This document shows, piece by piece, positions 31,865-39,557 of a stretch of 39,557 nucleotides of DNA; the first letter of the stretch is position 1, and the number at the start of each line of letters is the position of its first letter. The translations under genes and the position numbers were made by a program. The stretch comes from Octopus bimaculoides (Eukaryota). The notes under the pieces were generated by a model. It did no database searches and was not told the origin of the DNA. It saw only the letters and a list, made by a program, of their open reading frames with translations. The stretch spans positions 39,918,837 through 39,958,393 of the forward strand of contig NC_068996.1 of assembly GCF_001194135.2 (NCBI RefSeq), read 5' to 3'.

Positions 31865-33235
31865 CAAGTAGTGGTGGTGGCGGCGGTGGTAGCAGTGGTG
31901 GTGGTGGTAGTGGTGGTGGTGAAGGTGGTAGTGGTGGTAGTAGTAGTGGTAGAAGTGGTGGTGATGACGGTGGTNNNNNNNNNNNNNNNNNNNNNNNNNN
32001 NNNNNNNNNNNNNNNNNNNNNNNNNNNNNNNNNNNNNNNNNNNNNNNNNNNNNNNNNNNNNNNNNNNNNNNNNNNNNNNNNNNNNNNNNNNNNNNNNNNN
32101 NNNNNNNNNNNNNNNNNNNNNNNNNNNNNNNNNNNNNNNNNNNNNNNNNNNNNNNNNNNNNNNNNNNNNNNNNNNNNNNNNNNNNNNNNNNNNNNNNNNN
32201 NNNNNNNNNNNNNNNNNNNNNNNNNNNNNNNNNNNNNNNNNNNNNNNNNNNNNNNNNNNNNNNNNNNNNNNNNNNNNNNNNNNNNNNNNNNNNNNNNNNN
32301 NNNNNNNNNNNNNNNNNNNNNNNNNNNNNNNNNNNNNNNNNNNNNNNNNNNNNNNNNNNNNNNNNNNNNNNNNNNNNNNNNNNNNNNNNNNNNNNNNNNN
32401 NNNNNNNNNNNNNNNNNNNNNNNNNNNNNNNNNNNNNNNNNNNNNNNNNNNNNNNNNNNNNNNNNNNNNNNNNNNNNNNNNNNNNNNNNNNNNNNNNNNN
32501 NNNNNNNNNNNNNNNNNNNNNNNNNNNNNNNNNNNNNNNNNNNNNNNNNNNNNNNNNNNNNNNNNNNNNNNNNNNNNNNNNNNNNNNNNNNNNNNNNNNN
32601 NNNNNNNNNNNNNNNNNNNNNNNNNNNNNNNNNNNNNNNNNNNNNNNNNNNNNNNNNNNNNNNNNNNNNNNNNNNNNNNNNNNNNNNNNNNNNNNNNNNN
32701 NNNNNNNNNNNNNNNNNNNNNNNNNNNNNNNNNNNNNNNNNNNNNNNNNNNNNNNNNNNNNNNNNNNNNNNNNNNNNNNNNNNNNNNNNNNNNNNNNNNN
32801 NNNNNNNNAATCTGTTGGTGGCTAATACTGCCGCCAACACTATTGGCATTACTGCCACCACCACCACCACCACCACCACCACCACCACTACCACCTCCTC
32901 CACTATCATCATCATCGTTGTCGTCGTCATCATCACTATGACCACAACCACTATCACCACCACCACCACCACCACCACCGCAATCATCGTCATTATCACC
33001 ATCAGCATCAGTACCATCACCATCACCATCACCACCACTACCATCACCATCACTACCACCACCACTATCACTATCACCACTGCTTCTGCTGGCACCACTG
33101 CCACCGCTGCATCCACCCCACCTCCATCATTATCTCTACAACCACAACCAACATCACCATTATCATCATGGTCATCATTATCACCATCACCATCATCATC
33201 ATCATCATCATCATTATGGTCATTGTCATTCTTGT
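31865..33235. repeat. (GGT)n / gap / (CCA,CAT)n trinucleotide field
   Basis: Direct; orientation differs on the two sides of gap 31975-32808. Confidence 0.9.
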
Positions 33236-33543
33236 CCACAAGCTGTATGGTGGTTCAGCCAACACCAAAGCCAAGCTGGCACCAGCTACCATTATCAACC
33301 GACACCACCGTCATGGTGACCTAACAATTACCTTGTCTGCGTCACCACCACCACCACAATCGTTTTGTTTGATATCCTCTCCCCCTCCACCGCCACCACC
33401 ATTCATTCCAATATGTGTTTGACAGGTCTGCAATGCATCATTATTTGGTTTGTTTGTTTGATTTTTTTTTTTTGGTTATAATCCTACATTAATCTTCAAT
33501 AGTGAAGACCCAAAGATTTCACTCAGGTCTGACCTAACTTCAT

Positions 33544-33586
<43 letters not shown>

Positions 33587-33867
33587 TTCTTATTTCTGTC
33601 ACACATACACCTTCTTAAACGTTAGAACTATTTCACTTCCACTGGAAGCGTCATCAATAGAATTGTTTTATTTTAAAATCACAAGGCCAAAAAAAAAAAG
33701 AGAATAAAAAAACGAAAAAAAAAAACAAACAATAAAAAAAATTACATGTGAAACAAAACTACAATGAACCAATCAAAGTCAATAATAAGGCTTCAGAAAT
33801 CATCAATCATTTTGGACTTCTATTCATCTCAATGGCTCGTAATCCCAATGCAACTTTCATTTTTTTT

Positions 33868-34669
33868 TTATCTCTTACTAGTTTCAGTCATTAGACTGCA
33901 GCCATGCTGGGGCACTGCCTTGAAGAATTTTTGGTTGAATGAATTNNNNNNNNNNNNNNNNNNNNNNNNNNNNNNNNNNNNNNNNNNNNNNNNNNNNNNN
34001 NNNNNNNNNNNNNNNNNNNNNNNNNNNNNNNNNNNNNNNNNNNNNNNNNNNNNNNNNNNNNNNNNNNNNNNNNNNNNNNNNNNNNNNNNNNNNNNNNNNN
34101 NNNNNNNNNNNNNNNNNNNNNNNNNNNNNNNNNNNNNNNNNNNNNNNNNNNNNNNNNNNNNNNNNNNNNNNNNNNNNNNNNNNNNNNNNNNNNNNNNNNN
34201 NNNNNNNNNNNNNNNNNNNNNNNNNNNNNNNNNNNNNNNNNNNNNNNNNNNNNNNNNNNNNNNNNNNNNNNNNNNNNNNNNNNNNNNNNNNNNNNNNNNN
34301 NNNNNNNNNNNNNNNNNNNNNNNNNNNNNNNNNNNNNNNNNNNNNNNNNNNNNNNNNNNNNNNNNNNNNNNNNNNNNNNNNNNNNNNNNNNNNNNNNNNN
34401 NNNNNNNNNNNNNNNNNNNNNNNNNNNNNNNNNNNNNNNNNNNNNNNNNNNNNNNNNNNNNNNNNNNNNNNNNNNNNNNNNNNNNNNNNNNNNNNNNNNN
34501 NNNNNNNNNNATATATATATATATATATATACATACATATATACGATGAGCTTCTTTCAGTTTCCGTCTACCAAATCCACTCACAGCCTGAGGCTATAGT
34601 AGAAGACACTTGCCTTAGGTACCATGCAGTGGGACTGAACCTGGAACCAGGTACACACAGCCACGCCTG
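33868..34669 (-). mobile_element. Composite D+A SINE with gap in the middle
   Basis: D end 33868-33945, gap, (TA)n, A half 34544-34669. Confidence 0.8.
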
Positions 34670-34684
34670 TACCAATGTACATCT

Positions 34685-34995
34685 TCATCATCGTTTAACG
34701 TCCATTTTCCATGCTGGCATGGGTTGGACGGTTCGACTGGGGTCTGGGAAACCAAGAGGCTGCACCAGGCTCCAGTCTGATGTGGCAGTGTTTCTACAGC
34801 TAGATGTCCTTCCTAATGCCAACCACTCTGAGAGTGTAATGGGTGCTTTTTTACATGCCACTGGCACAGGGGCCAGTGGGAGCTGGCATTGACCACGATT
34901 GGATGGTGCTTTTTACGTGCCACTGGCAGCAATGCCAGTCAAGGCAGCGCTGGCATTGGCCACGTTCGGATGGTGCTTTTTATGTGCCACCAGCA
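34685..34995 (-). mobile_element. RTE-like 3' end (family E) with three internal repeats of about 58 bp
   Basis: Reverse complement of E; GGTGCTTTT(T)A(C/T)(G/A)TGCCAC occurs three times. Confidence 0.88.
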
Positions 34996-35153
34996 AAGGA
35001 ATCACAATTATAATTTCCTATAAGAAAGTTTCTTTTAAAAAGGTTGTTCTTTTATGTTCTTAGTTTTAACTATTCTGTGCCATTCAACACATTGCTCTGT
35101 CCATACTTTTGTGTTTGTTTATTATTATACGTGTTTGACTTCTGAAATATATA

Positions 35154-35259
35154 TGAGTGGCTGTGTGGTAAGAAGCTTGATTCCCAACCACAAGGTTCCA
35201 GAATCAGTCCCAAACCCTTGTGAATGGATTTGGTAGACGGAAACTGAAAGAAGTCTGTC

Positions 35260-35316
<57 letters not shown>

Positions 35317-35648
35317 CATTTGTGTGTCTGTGTTTGTCCCCCCAGCATTGCTTGACAACTGATGTCGGCGTGTGTATGTCCCCATAACTTAGTGGTTTGG
35401 CATAAGAGACCGAAAGAATAAGTACCAGGCTTACAAAGAATAAGTCCTGGGGTCGATTTGTTTGACTAAAGGCGGTGCTGCAGCATGGCCGCAGTCAAAT
35501 GACTGAAACAAGTAAAAGAATAAAAGCATATATATATAAACAGGCATGGGTGTGTAGTAAGAAGTTTGCTTTACAACCACATGGTTCCAGGTTCAGTCTC
35601 ACTGCATGTGAGTGGATTTGGTAGACGGAAACTGAACGAAGCCCTCTG
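35154..35648 (+). mobile_element. Composite A+D SINE (35154-35526) followed by an internally deleted A (35541-35648)
   Basis: Match to 8382-8841. Confidence 0.88.
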
Positions 35649-36019
35649 TATATATATANNNNNNNNNNNNNNNNNNNNNNNNNNNNNNNNNNNNNNNNNN
35701 NNNNNNNNNNNNNNNNNNNNNNNNNNNNNNNNNNNNNNNNNNNNNNNNNNNNNNNNNNNNNNNNNNNNNNNNNNNNNNNNNNNNNNNNNNNNNNNNNNNN
35801 NNNNNNNNNNNNNNNNNNNNNNNNNNNNNNNNNNNNNNNNNNNNNNNNNNNNNNNNNNNNNNNNNNNNNNNNNNNNNNNNNNNNNNNNNNNNNNNNNNNN
35901 NNNNNNNGAAGCAAACATTTCTTTCAACACAATACTTTAAACTATTGTAAAGTTCGGCTTCAGTAAACATATTTCTTTATTCAATTGCCTTTGTTGTTGC
36001 ATCTCCATACAAAAATGAA

Positions 36020-36715
36020 ACAACACACACATACACACACAAATACACACACACAACACTGCACACACACATACTTTTTTGTACTTACTACACTTTCACA
36101 CATGCACTTTCACACACACACGTACAAACACACATACATACTCATACACATGCATGCATATTCACACATACACACACATGCACACATTCACACACACACA
36201 CACACACATGCATACTCATACATGCACATACACACTCACACACATACATGCATATGCAAACACACCCATATTCAAACACACACACAGACACATACATACT
36301 CATACAACACACATGCACACGCATACTAAAACACACACACATCCATACTCACACATACATGCACATACACACTCACACACAAGCATACTCAAACACACAC
36401 ATACATGCATACTCAAACACACACACACAAGCATACACATACACACATACTGAAACACACACACGCGCATACTCATACACACATATGCACATACACACAT
36501 ACATATTCAAATACACACACATACTCAATCACAGAGAGACACATGCACATACATACATGCACATACACACACATGCACATACACGCACACATACATACTC
36601 AAATACACACACACACACATGCATACTCATATACACACATGCACCTACACACACACATACATACTCAAACACACACATGCATACTGAAACACACACACAC
36701 ACACATACACACACA
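36020..36715. repeat. (CA)n compound satellite with GCATACTC(A)AAACAC sub-units
   Basis: Direct. Confidence 0.95.
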
Positions 36716-37046
36716 AAAAAAAATTATTTTACGAAAAGGAAAATTCATAGGAAATGCCAACAAGCATGTCGAGAAAGAAATGTGCTGTTTTTTGATAATA
36801 ACGGTGCTATGTTGTTGCTATTGCTATTGTTGCGACTGTGTAATCTCAATCATCCCTGTATGAGTGGTTCTTTGACACAGCGGTGACTGATCAAATGTTT
36901 CGGAATTGTTAAATCACACATCTGTCCAACATATTGGATATGCTACACTGGCATCTCTTTTGAGAATACAAAATAACTGTTTTGTTGGACTGGGTCCAAA
37001 TTTTGCCATTTGTTCAGCCATCGAATTCTGGAAATATTGTTGATGT

Positions 37047-37213
37047 CGGCGGTGTGGATTAGCAGAATTGTTAGAGCATTGAGCAAAAAACAAACACCTT
37101 GTGGTATTTAGTTAGGGTGGTGCTTCATGCTCCGAGTTCAAATCCCATCAAGGTTAACTTTACTTTTCATTTTTTGGGGGTTGGTAAACAGAGTATCAGT
37201 CCCGTACTAGGGC
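37047..37213 (+). mobile_element. SINE family C, strongly diverged
   Basis: TAGCAGAATTGTTAG...GAGTTCAAATCCC...AAGGTTAACTTTACTTTTCAT. Confidence 0.7.
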
Positions 37214-37440
37214 TTGTTTCTCTTCCTCCCTCCTTCTCTCTCTCTCTCTCTCTTCAAATTCCATCAGAGTCAACTTTACATTTCATCCTTATCATATATG
37301 AATGTGTGTGTGTGTATGTGTGAATGTTTGTTTGTGTATGTTCTTGTGTGTGTATCTGTGTGTGTTTGTGTATGTGTGTGTATTTGTGTGTGTCTTTGTG
37401 TGTATGTGTGTATTTGTGTGTTTGTGTGTGTGTGTACCTT

Positions 37441-37662
37441 TGTGTCTATGTTTGTTCCCCACCACCCCCTGACAAATGGTTTTAATGTGTTTACATCCCT
37501 GTGACTTAGCAGTTCAGAAAAAGGGACCAATAGAATAAATACTGGGCTTTACAAAGAAAAAAAAAAGTACTAGGGTCAATTCATTCAACTAAAAATCCTT
37601 CAAGGCAGTGCCCCAGCATGACCACAGTCTAATGACTGAAACAAGTAAAAACAAGTAAAAAA
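37441..37662 (+). mobile_element. SINE D half preceded by (GT)n
   Basis: Match to 8650-8841. Confidence 0.85.
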
Positions 37663-37756
37663 ATTAGACAATGATGCTAATAACGATTATTACCATCACA
37701 TGTACCTACCAACCCACTTTTACTGTTTATCTACCCTTATTCTCACTTTAATATTT

Positions 37757-37979
37757 TGGCAGAATCATTAGCAAGCCGGGCGAAATGCTTAGTGGTATTT
37801 CGTCTGTCTTTACGTTCTGAGTTCAAATTCCGCCAAGGTCGACTTTGCCTTTCATCCTTTCAGGGTTGATTTAATAAGTACCAGTTATACACTAGGGTTG
37901 ATGTAATCAACTTAATTCCTTTGTCTGTCCTTGTTTGTCCCCTCTATGTTTAGCCCCTTGTGGGCAAAACAGAAATAAA
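37757..37979 (+). mobile_element. SINE family C (TGTGGGCAAAACAGAAAT tail)
   Basis: Near-identical to 13390-13610. Confidence 0.9.
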
Positions 37980-38224
37980 TATATATCTTGTATCTCAGGG
38001 TAATGTTCCCCCTATCTCTCCCTCTCTTTATTGTTGAGGAAGCCATGTTTCCGCCACTCCAGCACAACACTTGTTCCTGTCCCTCCACCGCTCTTTCATT
38101 ATCTTTCAGTTATATCGCTCAGTTGAGGGATGGGCGAGGTTCTTTGTCAGACATGTTACTTGGTGACCTTATTGGCACCGGTATCACAAAGAAAAAAAAC
38201 AGCACAAAATAAAAAAAAACACAG

Positions 38225-38413
38225 AAAACACCCAGTGCACTCTGTAAAGTGGTTCTGACATCAGGAAAAGCATCCTGCTACAAAAAAAAAATTTTTTAAA
38301 AAAGGATGCCAAAGCTAAGATTGGAACTCAGCCACAGCCCTCTAGATTATTGATTCCAGTCGTAAGTGTCCTAGTCGTGCCAGGACATGGAAAAAGGGAC
38401 ATTAAATGATGAT

Positions 38414-38415
<2 letters not shown>
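38225..38415 (+). mobile_element. Family E 3' end, diverged
   Basis: CACCCAGTGCACTCTGTAAAGTGGTT...GGACATGGAAAAAGGGACATTAAATGATGATG. Confidence 0.7.
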
Positions 38416-38444
<29 letters not shown>

Positions 38445-38965
38445 AGGTGGAGGAGAAGGATGATGACAATGATGATGACGATGATTGTGAGGATGACAAC
38501 GATGATGATGACGACAACAATGAAGATGAGAAAAAGAGAATGTGGATAAAGATGGTGGTTGTGGTGATGGTGGTGACGACAACAACGACAACAATGATGA
38601 TGATGTGATGTTGATGACATTGATGATGAGGAGGAGGAGGATGTGGATAAAGATGGTGGTGGTGGTGGTGATGACGACAACGACAACAACGGTGATGATG
38701 ACGGTGATGACGACAGTGACAATGAAGATGATGATGATGATGATAAGGATGATGATGATAATGATGATGATGATAAGGATGATGATGATAATGATGATGA
38801 TGAGGAGGAGGAGGAAGAGGAGGACAACGATAACAATGATAAGGAGGAGGAGGAGGATAATGGTGGTGGCGATGGTGGTTATCACAACAACAACGATGAT
38901 GATGGCAATGACGATGATGATAATGATGATGATGATGATGATTATGATGATGATAAATTATCATG
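38405..38965. repeat. (GAT/GAG/GGT)n low-complexity tract
   Basis: Direct; seeded at the E tail. Confidence 0.95.
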
Positions 38966-39217
38966 ATCCATAGTAAATGATCATGCTGAGATTTAGGATT
39001 AACATCATAATAATGGCAATGGAATTTATCACAATACTGACCATGCAGGCTTGAATTATCAGAAGCAATAAGTCTTACCAAGATAGAATTTAAAAGTAAA
39101 AATTCTGTTGTTCCTGAAGAATTAATAAAATTTAAGGACACAGGAAATCTTGTGGGACTTTTCTGAAGAAGTAAAAGTGGACACAGAAAGTAAAGATATA
39201 CGAAGATNNNNNNNNNN

Positions 39218-39557
39218 GACAGTGACAATGAAGATGATGATGATGATGATAAGGATGATGATGATAATGATGATGATGATAAGGATGATGATGATAATGA
39301 TGATGATGAGGAGGAGGAGGAAGAGGAGGACAACGATAACAATGATAAGGAGGAGGAGGAGGATAATGGTGGTGGCGATGGTGGTTATCACAACAACAAC
39401 GATGATGATGGCAATGACGATGATGATAATGATGATGATGATGATGATTATGATGATGATAAATTATCATGATCCATAGTAAATGATCATGCTGAGATTT
39501 AGGATTAACATCATAATAATGGCAATGGAATTTATCACAATACTGACCATGCAGGCT
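39218..39557. other. Exact duplicate of 38712-39051 after a 10-N gap (probable assembly redundancy)
   Basis: 340 bp identical by eye at offset 506, including microsatellite unit counts. Confidence 0.8.

Noticed and set aside
39049-39165. Short E/K-rich frame LELSEAISLTKIEFKSKNSVVPEELIKFKDTGNLVGLF and two CTGAAGA motifs
   Set aside because: Weak acceptor and no recognised homology; the CTGAAGA motifs lack a pairing helix II

Overview
Eukaryotic, repeat-dominated genomic DNA from a gapped assembly: 13 N-gaps, about 6.2 kb or 16% of the window. The SINE families and extreme microsatellite load point to a coleoid cephalopod, most likely Octopus (inference, no database check). I found no intact protein-coding gene, rRNA, true tRNA or CRISPR, and nearly all long ORFs in the track are microsatellite or N-gap artefacts. 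The window looks intronic or intergenic. It contains: (1) dozens of tRNA-derived SINE copies, which I label locally as families A/D, B, C and F; (2) 3' ends of RTE-type LINEs (local label E) and one probable L1/Tx1-type LINE; (3) a decayed mariner with both TIRs, a young 46-bp-TIR DNA element, a Helentron/DINE-1-like tandem pair and piggyBac-like MITE pieces. The most interesting signals are RNA-structural and cluster at 3.1-6.5 kb. One is a type I hammerhead ribozyme with a complete catalytic core and an 87-nt structured insert in helix II (4613-4748, +). A second is a minimal Penelope-type hammerhead with a U4C core change (6369-6406, -). The third is a 40-bp, G.U-rich, pre-miRNA-like hairpin (3094-3182, +). 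None of these has been tested.
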